Below are positions 27,423 to 52,847 of a stretch of DNA of 64,000 bases, in pieces. A program made the translations under genes and the position numbers. The notes below the pieces were generated by a model that was not told the DNA's origin, ran no database searches, and saw only the letters and a list, made by a program, of their open reading frames with translations. Source of the stretch: Amoebidium appalachense (lineage: Eukaryota > Protista > Ichthyosporea); the NCBI GenBank assembly GCA_963693365.1, contig CAVNZM010000001.1, positions 12,426,161 through 12,490,160 of the forward strand, written 5' to 3'. The first letter of the stretch is position 1, and each line of letters starts with the position of its first letter.

Positions 27423-28088
27423 TCATACAGCGCCTGTGTATCTGCGGGGTTTATGCCCCTTCTTTGTGGGCTCCTGGAAGTGCAGGTAGGGAAACGTCAA
27501 CAGAGCCACTTGGGGTTTGCCTCCTATGCCCGGCTGCGCCTCAATCTCAACAAGGCGCCTCTCCTGTGGGGTGGAACGGGTGCAATATGAGTGGGTGTGC
27601 ATACTTAAAGGGTAAATGATTGGTTTATATGGTTTTCGCACAATGGTACACCCTCACATTGACCGTTGCAGCGCGATAAACATGATGCATGAGTGCATGG
27701 TGGTGGTGGTTGTGTGTGTGTGTGGGGGGGGGGGGTTTGAATGCGGAACACGGTACGAAGTACGCATACACGACGAGAAGCATGGTGCAGGACACATGCA
27801 AAGGCAAACATTCAAGTATGCAACATCAGCCATGTGCACAGTATGCGTCATAAGCAGAGCCCATCCTCAGGGAGGACCCAAGTCATCAATTGCGTCTGAG
27901 TTTCGACCCCTTAGCCCGCGTATATACGACGCTCCAACTCAGACAGCAGCATCAACTGAACTTGGGCGGGTCAACCCGTCTTGATCAAAGACGAGCAGGG
28001 TTGCTTATGCAAGCAAGGTGAGCAAAACGGTGAAGATGTGTGTGCAAACTAATGCAGTGCAGCGAAAAATGCGTATGTGTGTGTGTGT

Positions 28089-28126
<38 letters not shown>

Positions 28127-28535
28127 TATACCAAGCACACATTCACGACGGACAACACAATCCAAATCAAAAGAGAGCACACCCATGTGTTGCGCATGAT
28201 GTGTGTGTGCACACAAATGCACGCGCATGTGTGTGTGTGTGTGTGTGTAGGGGGGGGGGGGGGGGGGGACCCTACCTTTCGTAATTTCGTGTTGATAAAT
28301 ATAAACTCTGCCCGAAACCGCTCCTCCATAACCTTTTTCTCCTCCGCGCTGAGTTCCCCGGGCGAGATTCCAAAACACGGGCATAGGATGTGGTGAAGTG
28401 ACGGTTCTTGCTTCCTATTTTCCGGGTTCGCTGTGTGGAAAAAAACGAAAAGTAAACTCAGTACCCATGTTTCTCGCAGGCCACAACACAATGCACCTTT
28501 CCTTTTTTGCTCAGGATCGAGGCTTGGAGGCAGCC

Positions 28536-28580
<45 letters not shown>

Positions 28581-29789
28581 AGGGGGGGGGGGGGGGGGGG
28601 GGGGCGGACTTCTTTGTGTCGACTTCGATGTACAACACATGCAGGGGAAGTTATCTAGACAAGCAGAATCAGAACCTAATGGTCCCTTACGGTCGTGCAA
28701 CTTTCCGTCATTTCCCCTCCTTCGTTTTCCTTTCGTATTCTTGTCTACCCCATCCATACGCCCACACCTCCACACCGGAAACTGGGATGTTTTCCTCAAC
28801 CCAAGCAGTGCTCACTCAGACCTTTTCGTGATATCCATCCATATCCATATCCACACAGAATAAAACCCTGCCCTGCGTTAACGCACACAAAATGCAAACT
28901 TGGTAACAATAATATTAGTCACCTTCTCGAATTCTTTTTCCCAGCCACAACGCTTGGACTACACCTACTATCTTTTCCGTCCGCTCGTTTTTCTCTTTTG
29001 AAATAAAATAACTTGTCCACGATAAAAAAGCTCAGCACTGAGTCTCCACAAATGCCCACTTACAGTAGGTGAACCCTGTTAGGCATCTCTTCTATCCCTA
29101 CCTATACCCGATCTCAGACACTCCTCATATTTCTGTGCCCCCGTCTTCCACCTTCCCCCCCCACACACACACCACCACCACTACCACCCCTCCTCCCTTC
29201 CCTTAATCCTGCCCCCCCCCCCCTCTCCCCCCCCCCCCCCCCCTTCCCCCCCCCCTCTCTCTCGCCAAAAAAAAAAAAAGAAGAAAGAAAAGAAGAGAAG
29301 AAAGTGAGGAAACAGGAAAAGGGGAAAATGAAGACATCCCGTAGTAGTTAGTGGTCTTATTGCTTGGATGCTCGTACGCTCTTTTAATACCCTCCCCCCT
29401 CCCCAAGCTCACAGATACAGAAACACACTCTACCAGCCTCGTGTCTTCATAACAATGTTTCTAATCACATCCCTTGTCATTTCCCCACAACAGCCAAACC
29501 CCGCAAACACACCACAGCGTCTCATCTTTCCAACCACACCTAATGAAAGAAGAAATGCACTCTTACCTTTCAAAGCCGTATTCAGCTTCTCTATATAGTC
29601 GCTATAGAAGAACTCATCCAAGTTGGTGCGTCTCTCATCGTGGTATCTTTTGAGCAGCGCAGGGCACGTCTTGCTAAAATAAGGAGTCCAATCACCCCTC
29701 ATGTGCCCAGCGCGAACTATGACATCACCGGGCTTCCCTTCGGGTACACTATCGTCAAGGGCTTTATCATAGCCCACTGCATTGCCCAT
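27423..29789 (-). CDS. Small ERF4/golgin-A7-like protein with N-terminal MG (possible myristoylation)
   Basis: Exons 29789-29567, 28430-28276 and 27563-27423 are phase-consistent. TPYFSKTCPALL...YSDYIEKLNTAL...ILCPCF resembles the Erf4 domain pattern F..x.P..L.....F...I..LN (recognised from memory). May extend through a GC donor to an exon ending at 27011. Confidence 0.55.
27735..27947 (-). mobile_element. Intronic SINE-like repeat, full-length copy (~210 bp)
   Basis: Reverse complement nearly identical to 54398-54609; abuts a poly-G run. Confidence 0.85.
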
Positions 29790-31860
29790 TTTTCCTCCCC
29801 TCCCCCCGCTCAAAACGCACACCTGAGAACTACGAGTGTTGTAGTGATTTACTTGAAGTAATGCTACTAATTGAAAGTGTGTGTCAAGTCTGAAGTTCGG
29901 CCGATGCAGTGAACGGCCAACTCAACTAACTCGAACGCATGTTTGACCAGGTGGCGTGTTTTCTTCACACACACACTAATTGAGCAGAAAACAACTAGTG
30001 TGCTGGTGTAATTAACCGTGTTACTGCAAGCTGCACCTTCACGGAATTATGAAATGCCCACACGGGTACCTGCTACAACATTCGTCCCACACCGGTACTG
30101 TAAAAACTCAAAGGGTGGCACGTGTGTGAACGGGCTTGTGACGCCTACGTTGTATACAGACACCACTAGCCCACACACACCACACCTATACTATACGTAT
30201 GGATAATAAGAATAGGCGTGGTAGCTCTATATACAGACGAAACAAAAACAAAATTAGTGCGTCTTTCCAAAGAGGTGGCTGATAGCATGAATAGGCCCTC
30301 ACAGGAGAAGAGGCTTTGCTCAGGAACAAAGCTAATCTCCCCGTATACTGCACAGGATAAAGTTAGATGACAATTCAAAAGGTGCGAAAATAACGAAAGA
30401 AGTGGTTATTGAGAGTAAAAACTTTATTTCGGTGCTGTAAAGGCTTTAATAGATAATATACTTTGTCAAATGTTATTTAGAAAAATAGACAACAAGGCAT
30501 GTATTTTTGTGTTCGTATGTAGCAACCTACACCATATTTACGCAGTGAGAAAATTGTAATTTTGACAGCAAAAACTCACATTGGGGTATAGAAAAGAATT
30601 GCTGATATCCAATCAAACACAGCGAGAGGCATTCCAAGGTGAAACAGACAGAACAGCACAGGTCGCCATCACTGACATGCATGCTGGTAGACACACCACT
30701 ATTCTCACGGGAGTTAAGCAAAACGATAATGTAATACATGCATAAGTGCTGTGCCTTTTGATATATTCAACCACAATGAAATCATATTACACGGGCTTCG
30801 GTTGAACCAAACAAACTCCGGCTCCTTCCGCCCGCCCGGGCCTCAGGGGCCTGCCCGTCAGTCACAGGGCTCTAAATTCACAAGGGCCGCCAGTTTGGCC
30901 CAGGCAAATATATCCAACACATACTTCAATCACGATCGATTGAGAACTGTGACCCTGTGATATATGTCGCAGAGAACTATGAAGGACAAGCTGTACGAAA
31001 CACGTGGAGAATTATAACTTATTCTCTTCAACCTTCCTGTTGTAAGAAAGCCTGTTTGTTGGAGGGCGGGAGGGAACGACAATACCAAGACCCTGTTTAG
31101 GTCATGATCACGGTGTGAGCAAATTGTCGGCGGTGGGATATAAAAGAAGGAGATTTTCTGTTTATTTGGATATATCTGCCTTTGGGTTATTTTTTTTTAA
31201 ACCATTGTCCCACGGCTCCAGGCGCAACGGAGAATTGTCCCCTGAGTTGTCCCCGTTATTCACCCTCTTGTTACTAGGCCTCGTGCTCTCTCTGACATAC
31301 AAAAAGACCCTATCCTACTATTTTTTTTTTTCTGTAGGTGCACATGTGTACACTCCACGAAAACCCGTGCGAATGCGTGGTAGATATGTGCTGGTCGCTT
31401 GGGACCACGGTAGAAATGCAAACGGGATGGGCCGTGCTGCAGAATCTCGCCGTCTTTGCAGAACTGACAAAGGATGCACAGGAAAAGGGAAGGGGTTTGT
31501 GAGGAAGGGGGGGAGAAGAAGGTGAAAGAGAGAGAAGAAACAGAGGGGTAAAAGGAGAGCTCGAGTGACGTTTGGGGGGGGGGGGGGGGGGGGGGAGGTT
31601 TTGGGGAGGGAGGGTGGGGGTGGGGGGTGGGGGGGAAGATCTGGGTGTTGGGAGGGATCGAGAAATTTTGAGGGGAGAATTATAGATGGTGGGCGAGGAG
31701 GAGAGAGAGAGAGAGAGAGAGAGCGAGAGAAAAGGGGTCTGGGGATGAAGGAGAGGTGGAGGGAATAGGGAAGGAGATATAAAAGTGGGATATTGGGGAT
31801 TGGAGAGGAAGGGGACAGAAGGAGGGGGAGGGGAGGGAGGGGGAGAGAGAGAGAGGGGGG

Positions 31861-31965
<105 letters not shown>

Positions 31966-32212
31966 GGGGGGGGGGGATGGAGAGAGGGGAGGGAGGGAGG
32001 GAGAGAGGGAGGGGGGGGCGAGGGGGAGAGGGAGAGGGCGAGGGGGACGGAGCGACATTGATTGAAAGAGAGAGGAAGGGAGCGAGGGAGGGAGAGAGAA
32101 AAGGCGGGGGGTGGGGGGAGAGAGACACAGCGAGGCAGATAGCGGTGTGTGCGCGTGTGTGCGCGTGTGTGCGTGTGTGCGTGTGTGCGTGCGTGCGTGT
32201 GTGCGTGCGTGC

Positions 32213-32246
<34 letters not shown>

Positions 32247-33950
32247 ATCACGGTCTGTGTGTGTGTGTGTGTGTGTGTGTATCACGGTGTGTGTGTGTGC
32301 GTGTGTGTGTGTGTCACGGTCTGTTTGTGTATGCGTGTGGAAAAGGCGGAGGATGTCGGCAAATATTATGTGCGCAGGGGGAGAGAGGGGGGGGGGGGGG
32401 GGGGGGGGGGAGAGGTGATCGAAGTTCAAGTGTTTTTCACCCTGAATAAATACACTAAACTTATAACTTGTGCTGTCGTGTCATGGCTGGCCCATGATGT
32501 TGGCAGTGAATTACTCCTGTGTGTACTTAGTCAGCCGAATGCACCTTTAGCACCTTATATATGACTAAGGTACAGTCGGTGCTGTGTGGAAGACGGTAGT
32601 TCCTATGAGGGCCCCCCTGGAGGTATGTGCCTCCGGGGACAAAACGGGATCAAAAAAATTTAAAAAAATGTGTGTACTTAGTCTATATGTACTTCCCGAT
32701 ATTATGTGTGATAGTAGCCAAACGATGATGGCAGGGGTCTGTCTGTGTATAACTTTGCTCGGCTCAAGGGTCTATGTTTACCGAGACCTTTCATATTGGG
32801 CACAGCACAAGTACTGACCTATCAAAAGACGCTAGAACGTTGTCAGGAGTGTTCCAGTGCCATTTTGGTACACTGTGATGGGTTTATCCGGGATTGTAGA
32901 CTGCCCCATTTTTGTTTTCTTTCTCTCTCTCTCTTCCCCCCCCCCCCCCCCCCCCTTTTTTTTTTTTTTTTTATTAAAAAAAAAGACCTCCCCTATAACG
33001 TCCACGGCGCTGCCGATATGGAGGGGGAGTGGGGTGGGGGGAGGCGGGGATGATTGTGTCACAATTGTAGGCAGGATGTAGGGATGGGCGCCGGGGGGAG
33101 GGGGGGGGGGAGAGGGGGGGGGGGGGGGATAAATATTCAAAGTGAATTGCACACTGCCAGGTCACATGATAAACGAAATAGCAGAGGAGATGGGAAAAGA
33201 CGGAAGAACCTGGGCCGTGAGGGAGGGGGGAAGGGGGGGGGGGGGGGGGGGGGGAAGACCCGGGAGGGGATAATGGTGGTGAACTTCGAAGACAAGAGAA
33301 AGTATACTGTATGCGGTTACCTTTCATGTTGTGCTTATGTGTTGCGGCAGGGCGGGAGAGGGGAGGGGGGGGGGGGGGGGAGGGGGGGGGGGGGGGGGGG
33401 GGGCGTGGGGGAGGTTCACCTGTTTGGCGTCACGTGAATGTCACAGTGAAGCAACGAGGTTAATTAACGTGTTACCTTTGGGGAAAAAATCACGGTGGGT
33501 CAGCGATGGGCCATGGATTATGGAGCCTTGGATGGAAACTAATTCACATTGGCAAAAAGCAGATAATAATACTAATTGCTCACTCGAGCAAAGAGGAGAA
33601 GGATCCATTGAGTGTGGGTTGCATAAAGCAGTGGCCATAGTCCTGTTTCATTGCAAAACCTTAATAGGCTGCTCGTCTAGATCGATGGAGGTGCTGGAAT
33701 GTGGTGGTGGTACGTGGTTGTGTGTGTGGGGGGGGGGTGTGGGGGGGGGGGGGGGGGGGGGGGGTGTCAGGGACCGATGGGGGGGGGGGGGGGAGGGGAG
33801 AGGGGGAAGAGGGGGAGGGGTTGAGGGGGGGGGGGGAAGTGAGGTTGTGGAAGGTGCGTCCGATATACCCTTTTGCCTTGGGAGCCATGCCTGCCGTGTG
33901 TATACATGCCAGTGTGTTTGTGTGTACATATGTGTGTGTGTACATGCGTG

Positions 33951-34001
<51 letters not shown>

Positions 34002-34043
34002 CGCGCAGTTTTAGAACATGCACACCGTTACTCCGAGTCGGTT

Positions 34044-34111
34044 ATGAATTTGCAACCTCAAATTAATGAATTTGCAACCTCAAATTAATGAATTTGCAAC
34101 CTCAAATTCAT
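34044..34111. repeat. 22-bp tandem repeat x3, each unit hairpin-like
   Basis: ATGAATTTGCAACCTCAAATTA at 34044, 34066 and 34088. Confidence 0.9.
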
Positions 34112-34541
34112 ATCCGGATGATAAAAGCGCCGGTTCCTACGTGCAGGAAGTTACTATGTATGTGTAGACACCCAACCATACCAACCACACTCCATGCTGC
34201 AGCTGTACCGCTATTTTATCTAATTTAAACACCTGCGACCGGGTGTATACGGACAAAACGAGGAGGTTTAACTATACTATAATTAAATGACAACTGCTTT
34301 AATGTTGCCGAATGATTAGTTGCACACTTTTCTCTAATATTGGTGGAATGACCCTACTATGTATGTACATATACAATTACCATGGCATATTGTTAAAGTT
34401 ACCATGTCCATCAGGGCATCTCAGGAGATAGTCGAATTTACACAGGTCGGTATATCTACAATGCCAACGCAAAACATGTTAGTATTCATACAGTACCAAC
34501 TACATTAAACACGAAAAAATCCACTTTAGCACCGAATCTTC

Positions 34542-36713
34542 TTACTGACCATAGCGAAGAGAATTTCCATTAGCATCCCCCTCCGACACATAAATATTGT
34601 TCTTAACCAGGCGAATCACGTTAGACCCATCCTCCACACCCCGGTTCCCATCGAAATGGCTCCCCCCCTCTAGGGTGAAAGACCCGTCGAAAATGTGCAG
34701 TGTGTCCCAGACGCTGGCCCCCATGAGGCACGTATTTTCAGTGAAGGAACCCCCCAGGGTAACGCTGGCGCCCGAAGTAATCCAGTTGTTGGCAATAGCA
34801 CCACCACGGTCGCTAGGGCACGAGTTATTGTTGAAATTTCCGTTCACGTAAGCGGTTCCCTTGATGAATTTCAGCCACATTGCACCCCCCCGTGCCTCCG
34901 CGCCATCCTCCTGCGCGATATTTCCATCGAAATCTCCCTCGATTATGGCCGATGCTCCCTGGGCCATTTCCTCAATATAAATGGCACCCCCCGCGCTCGC
35001 AATGTTGAATTTGTACGTGTTGTTTGTCGTGTCGACCTTCCCTTCAAGCATGTTGATACCCCATGCACCGCCCTCACCATGGGAGAACTTGTGGTGGTTG
35101 TTGATAAACGACGAATTTACGACGGAAAAAACCCCGCCCTTGGGCACCTGACGCATCCAAATGACCCCCGTACCGTCATATCTCTCGTGGAGGGTATCCA
35201 CAGCGTTATCCCTGAAAATCGAGTTCTTGATCTCAAAATTCCCGACACGATCAATCCAGAAAACGGCGCCGCCACGTGCCTGGGTGACGAACTTCTCAAA
35301 AGTGCAGTTGGTTGCAAAAAGATTTACCGTCTGATTGGACCACTCAGAGTGCCCGTTATCGATCGTCTGATCCTCCGAAACCTCCTGGGTCCGGGCCAAA
35401 CACGTGCTCTTTCTATTGTCGCCGGTGAACCTGATTCCTTTAAGCGTCAGGGAGAGATTCGGCCCGGGTTGGTTAACGAAACGGAAGAGAGTGTTGTATA
35501 CGTAGGTCGTGTTTGATCCGGTTACCACGACGGTGGAAGGGCCGGCGGAGGGGCAGGAATCGGTGCCGACGAGGGTTGTGTTCTTGGTGATGAAAACGGT
35601 CTCGGTGCCATTGATAGTGCCCACCACAGTGACGGCGTCAGTTGCGCCGGCGTTGTTAAAGGCGTTAACCAGCGACTTGTAGCACTTTCCTTTGAAGTAG
35701 CTGCCGCGGCAGCCGCAAATCTCCATGGGAATGCCTGGGATGTTTGGAAAAGAATTGTTTAAAAACTGAGTTAGTGTCGAGACAAACTGATTGCTATAGT
35801 GTAGCACATGCAGGCACTGTATGCATGTTCCTGTGTGGGCTTCAGATGTTGCCAAAGTTGTTAGAAGCAAAAAAGGGCGGAGGGTGAAAATGGAAAGAGA
35901 CTCGGCTGCAAGAGAGAAGCGTGTGCTAAGTGTTCAGAGTGCGTGATTAGTTATTAGTTTTGATCATGACGACATGTGTAAGGTCTAAACAGTGATTTCG
36001 TGAACGCGTACGATACCACATGCCAGCACAGGCGTGATATGGACAATGGGAGGAGAAGGAGCAGACACCCATGCAGCAGTGGAGAGAGAAGGGAAACTGA
36101 CGGGGATCAAGGTAGGTAGTTGGGACCTGCAATACACAATCATCAGAGTCGGAAAATTTACACGGTGGGGGTCCATACCGTCATTGGGTTTGGGTGGGGA
36201 CGTGTTGATGCCAGCATTGTTGTTGTTGTTGGTGCCGGGCTGTGCGGCCGATTCGAGGTTTTGATTGGCCGGGGAGGAGGATTCGCTGCTGCTGTTGCTC
36301 TTGCTGATAGCCACCGGCACCTTTGAAATGATAGAGAGATTAATACAGGAAGGAGGAAGGATGGCAGTGTTACAGACTGGGGTGTAAAGACAAGAAGAAG
36401 GTAAGGAGGCGGAAGGGTTAAAACACGAAGGTGGGAAGGAGGTAGGGCAACGAAAGGGTCGGATGGGATTAGTAAATTTGTGGATATGTGCAAGAGGGCA
36501 AGTCGCAGGCACATCGAAAGATACTGCAATAGCAGGCGTGAGGGTCGGTAGTTAGGTGGGGGTGGGGGTGGGGTGGAGTGGGGGGTGTGGGGTGGGGGGT
36601 GGGGGGATGAAGAGAGGCAGTAATACTTTGCGTGCATAAGTGTGTGTATGTGCTTGTGTATTTGTGTGTGTTTGTGTGTGTGTATGTGTGTGTACGTGTT
36701 TGTATGTATCTGA

Positions 36714-36774
<61 letters not shown>

Positions 36775-37067
36775 ACATATGTGAAGCAGTATTCAGTTAC
36801 AGCAATGTGTGTGTGTGTGTGCGTGCACGTGTATGTAGTGTGCGCGTATGAGCTTGCGTGCTTGCTGAGGCTGTTTGTCGGCTGCCCGGACACAGCCACG
36901 AAGCTCGAGTCATCACATTATGTGACAGTGTTTACTTGTAAGAATTGAACACTTGCACCTACCGCAATAGCCGTTGCCACGATTGCAGCCGCAGCCACGG
37001 CGCCGACAATTATGAACAGACGACGCCGAGACTTGGTTGCCTGTTGCTCTGTTGGTGAAATAGTCAT
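34542..37067 (-). CDS. Type II membrane protein with right-handed beta-helix (Pmp-like GGAI/FxxN) repeats, ~479 aa
   Basis: Exons 37067-36963 (MTISPTEQQATKSRRRLFIIVGAVAAAAIVATAIA: basic patch + TM anchor), 36320-36179 (S/N-rich stalk) and 35734-34542, in phase. Repeats GGAV/GGAW/GGAI/GGAM/GGAI alternate with FRDN/FINN/FDGN/FNNN/FTEN. Confidence 0.8.
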
Positions 37068-38490
37068 GCGAGTTTACGGTGGTAAGAATCACCGCGGGTG
37101 TATCAAAAAGATGTCACATATCCCAAATCGACGCCGCCAAAGCTTGTCGAAAGAGTTCGAAAAAAACAGGGAAGAAGATGGAGAAGGGGGAGGGGGAGGG
37201 GGATGTGGGAGGGGCTTGAAAGGAAGGGAGGGGCCGGAAGGGGGGGGGGAGGGGGGGGGGGGGGGGGAGGGGGGCTGGGGAGGATGGGGAACATCAGACG
37301 AACCAGAAAATGAAGCCTTCTAAAGCAATGGGCTTTACTGTTATCCCGTGATCTGTTGTCTGCAACCCAGGAGGTACTGTGGGGAATTGACAACTATGAA
37401 CCGCACGCAGGAACAAGAAAGCGAATTCGAAGGACCGATTCTACCGGAACCACGAAAAACCTGAGAAGACACAAGAGAGATCCAAAAAATTAGAAGGTCT
37501 ATGAGTTTTTCTGAGCCGGTACCCACCAAAAGCCATGGGCAGGGTTTGTAAAAGACAGAAACCAAAAAAGTTTAGTTGCACTCCTAGCATAGGTCGCACG
37601 CCTTGTAAACAGTGATGTTCGAGTTAGGTACTCACCTTTCGGGTTGGCATGGGCCCCGGCTTCGTTGTGTGCGTCAGTCATTTTTACAACTGCCTGCCAA
37701 CTCACAAACGCAGAAGTCGGGGACGGAGGTAAACTGCACCTAGCGAAGCAGGCTTGGATGATATAGGCCTCAAGGGGTGGGCCAAGTTCGGAGCTCCCAA
37801 GGTCCTGGGCTATTTTTATATGACAAGATCTGTACCCAATCAGAATTGTGGAACAGAATCGAAATCGAAAATATGTTTTAGGTCCGCCAATCGCACGCCG
37901 GATGATTCCGAAGTCAAACGCTCCCTCTGCAAACCGTTGACGTCCTCGATGCCAGACACGGCCGTAAAAGAAAAAGGCTTGGAGAAAACCGCCATAACAA
38001 CGATGAATGAAAGACACTGATTTGCTTCTATTTATCACATATATATAATAAGTCAGGTGTTGGACCGAATTAGCGGCAACAACCGAAGCAAAACCTCTGT
38101 GATCACAATTGCCTGGATATAATCTGCCGTAATTTGATTGGCTCGGAGGATCCTTCCAATCAAACGTTTTGTATACTAACCTACAATGGTTAGCCATTTT
38201 TTATCCGCAAGATCGATAAACAACATGCCGCAGAAACGCATGAAACGCAATCGTACAGGTACCAACCGTGCAACCCTCAGGCTCTGAGTTAGTCTATTCG
38301 CTTTCTGGGGGTTGATTGACCTGAGCAGAAAGTAAGCGGGTGCCAAGAGCATGCATCTTGATATGGACCCCCTTTCCTCCTATCAATGCATGATCATGAA
38401 TTCGAAATGGACACTGCCATTGCAAGCTGTTACGATCGTTCGAACGAATTTGGATTGGAAGTGATATGTTGAAGCATTGATGTTCGAACT

Positions 38491-38527
<37 letters not shown>

Positions 38528-38787
38528 TCTCTCTTCCAAAAAAAAACAAAAACGCAAGGACTGGGGGGGAGGGGGTTGTGTGTGCGCGAGTATGTGTGCA
38601 CATGTTCTTCTAGCTTCGACGTGTGATTGTGTGCGCGGCACTTGTGCTCAAATATGTATGCCCGATTGAGGGAAAGGTGTGTGTGCCAGGGGAAGGGGGG
38701 ACGAGGATGGGGAGGCGGGGGATTGGTCGTGGTGAGAAGACTACATGGGAACTAAGGCATAGAACCAACCTAATCGCACACACACAT

Positions 38788-38828
<41 letters not shown>

Positions 38829-39370
38829 CCACCACCACCACCAGGCTGCCGCCGCCGCCGCGCCTTGCCCACGAAAGAAAAGACATTATATAAGGGGGGG
38901 GCGAGAGAAGGGTCCAAGATGGACATCATCAACCTGTTCATACCGGCAAATTTCCCTAGATAGTCACTTCGAAACACAGAAACAGGTACAAAAGTATACG
39001 AAATAATGACATTTTCCCCAAACCAACTTATGCAGGTAAGATATGCGTGTCGATATTTAATGTTTATTTGAGCCTTTTCTATCAATTTTGAGCCACAATA
39101 GAGTTGTTTAGAGCTGGCTGGCTGCCGGCCCAAAAAATTAGTGCCGGCCCGAAGAGGTTAAAGAAGTTTGACATGGCTCCGCCAGCCCTAACATAACCCA
39201 AAAAACGTTCCCCACATACATGTGGTCTACACGGCCTATATTTATTCGGAGCGCTCGCATCACACATTCAATGATTGGTCCAGATCGAAATCGGTTCGAT
39301 CGAATTCTCCATCTTTAACCGTTTGTGTGAAACTTTGAGGCCTTACGGTACAATGTATGATAAATAATTA

Positions 39371-51122
<11,752 letters not shown>

Positions 51123-51199
51123 ATTGACGCCCTTTACTAGCACAAACTGTGAAAAAGGTGCTTGTAAAGTAATGACAAAGTTAGGGTTAACCTACTTGC

Positions 51200-51750
51200 C
51201 CCAATCTACTAAAAATCCCTTGCTCTTTCTCTTCCTTCACCCGTTTTTCGCTGTCACCTTGAACCAAAAATGTCCCTAAGTGACAGTTTATATATCGGTT
51301 GTACTGTCTTTTGCAATGATTGCGCCTTGCAGGAAAGTGAGGAGGGCAAACCGCTGTCAGTTGCCAATGCCCAAGCATAAGCCACGAACTGAATATATAT
51401 TCATAATAGATGCTTGTTTCTATAAAACTAAATCATAAAAATGTTATATAATAATTAATAAACTATTTACTAGTTCATTTATGGATATTTACTTAGAGTT
51501 TTGATGCCTTATATAAAGTGGGTGACAGAATACCCTGCGAATCGCCTTGCATCGCTCTGGCATTTCCGATCGGTTGCACAGGGCTCCAATCCCACCACAA
51601 AACCGCCTCCCTCTCCACTCCCCTTCACATATAAAAGTTTTCACTTTCTGGACACCAGAGAAACGGAAACAAGGTGACATATATCAACAATCGATACGTA
51701 ATTGTGGATTGCAAAGTACACGTAGGGGGTGGCGAAAGGAGATGTAAGGC
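51200..51750. promoter_or_regulatory. Divergent promoter region between LRRC47 and TFIIA
   Basis: Head-to-head gene arrangement; AT-rich tract at 51390-51520; TATA-like TATATAAAG (~51510) and CATATAAAAG (~51628). Confidence 0.45.
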
Positions 51751-52584
51751 TTCTTTTGGAGTTTTTCTTAAGCAGAAACGAGGGGCTCCTGTGGGGACAG
51801 ACACGCTTTACAAATTGTGACAAATTCATGCTCTTGGATAGTGAATTCAGCGAGAAAGAGAGTTTGTAGGAGGTAACCTTCTCCTGTGTAGTAGGCTGCT
51901 TGTAAACAAGAGGAAGAGTGAGCGGGCGGAAGAGAGCATGTGAGGTGCCAACGATAAACAGTTAGACATGAAAGACCTAAGAAAACACAGGGAGTGTGGA
52001 ATTTGTGACAGGTTTCCGAAAGTTTGCAATGAGGGGCAAAGTTTGTAGGGCAGGCGAGACGGGGGGCAACAGAGCTAGTTATACACTAGACGTATATTGC
52101 TTGAAACGGTGTTGCCATTGAAGGTGGTTGATAAGCCGGGTGCAGCAGCAGGGGTTTTACCTTGCGCTGATAAGCTAAATCCACTTTAGGTCCAACCAGA
52201 ATACTTCCTTTTTGTGCTTTTGGCTACGAATAGCCAAAGTGCTACTAGTTTCTCAGAAACTTGACCATTATGTCTGTCATGCAGAAATTGTCGAAATCCC
52301 TGGCACCAACACCAAGTTTCAGCCATGTCACACTCCAACCAGGCCGTGGTATGTTCCCTGTTGTCATCACCTACATGTTGATGGTCATGCACCCCATCCC
52401 ACTATTATGCCTTGTATTAGCCTGTGAGAATGGTGTTGTGCCTGCTTGTGTACCCCATGACACCAGATGAGACTGCACAGCACAGAAATATTTTGTAGTG
52501 TTTTCTTAGTATTAAAAACAATAAAGTTTGTAAGACTTGGCCTGGGCCGCTTTACCTCGCCATGTTGTCTGACCAATTCCGTAG

Positions 52585-52778
52585 AAAACCCTTTACGAGG
52601 ATGTCATGAACGATGTCATCCGGAACATGAAGCAAGAGTTTGAAAACGAAGGCGTTGACGACCATGTGCTGGGTGAGCTTGAAGCTGTATGTCTCCCCCC
52701 CCCCCAAACCCTCCACCCCTCACACACACACGCACACACATACGCACGCACAGACACATACACACTCATACAAGCGTG

Positions 52779-52847
<69 letters not shown>

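Noticed and set aside
35735-35870. ORF-track N-terminus of the 442-aa ORF
   Set aside because: Non-ATG start inside an intron; an acceptor at 35735 links in phase to upstream exons carrying the TM anchor.
37499-38197. 232-aa ORF on the minus strand
   Set aside because: No recognisable motif and atypical composition; splice-like signals suggest 5' UTR exons or an unresolved small gene. Not supportable.
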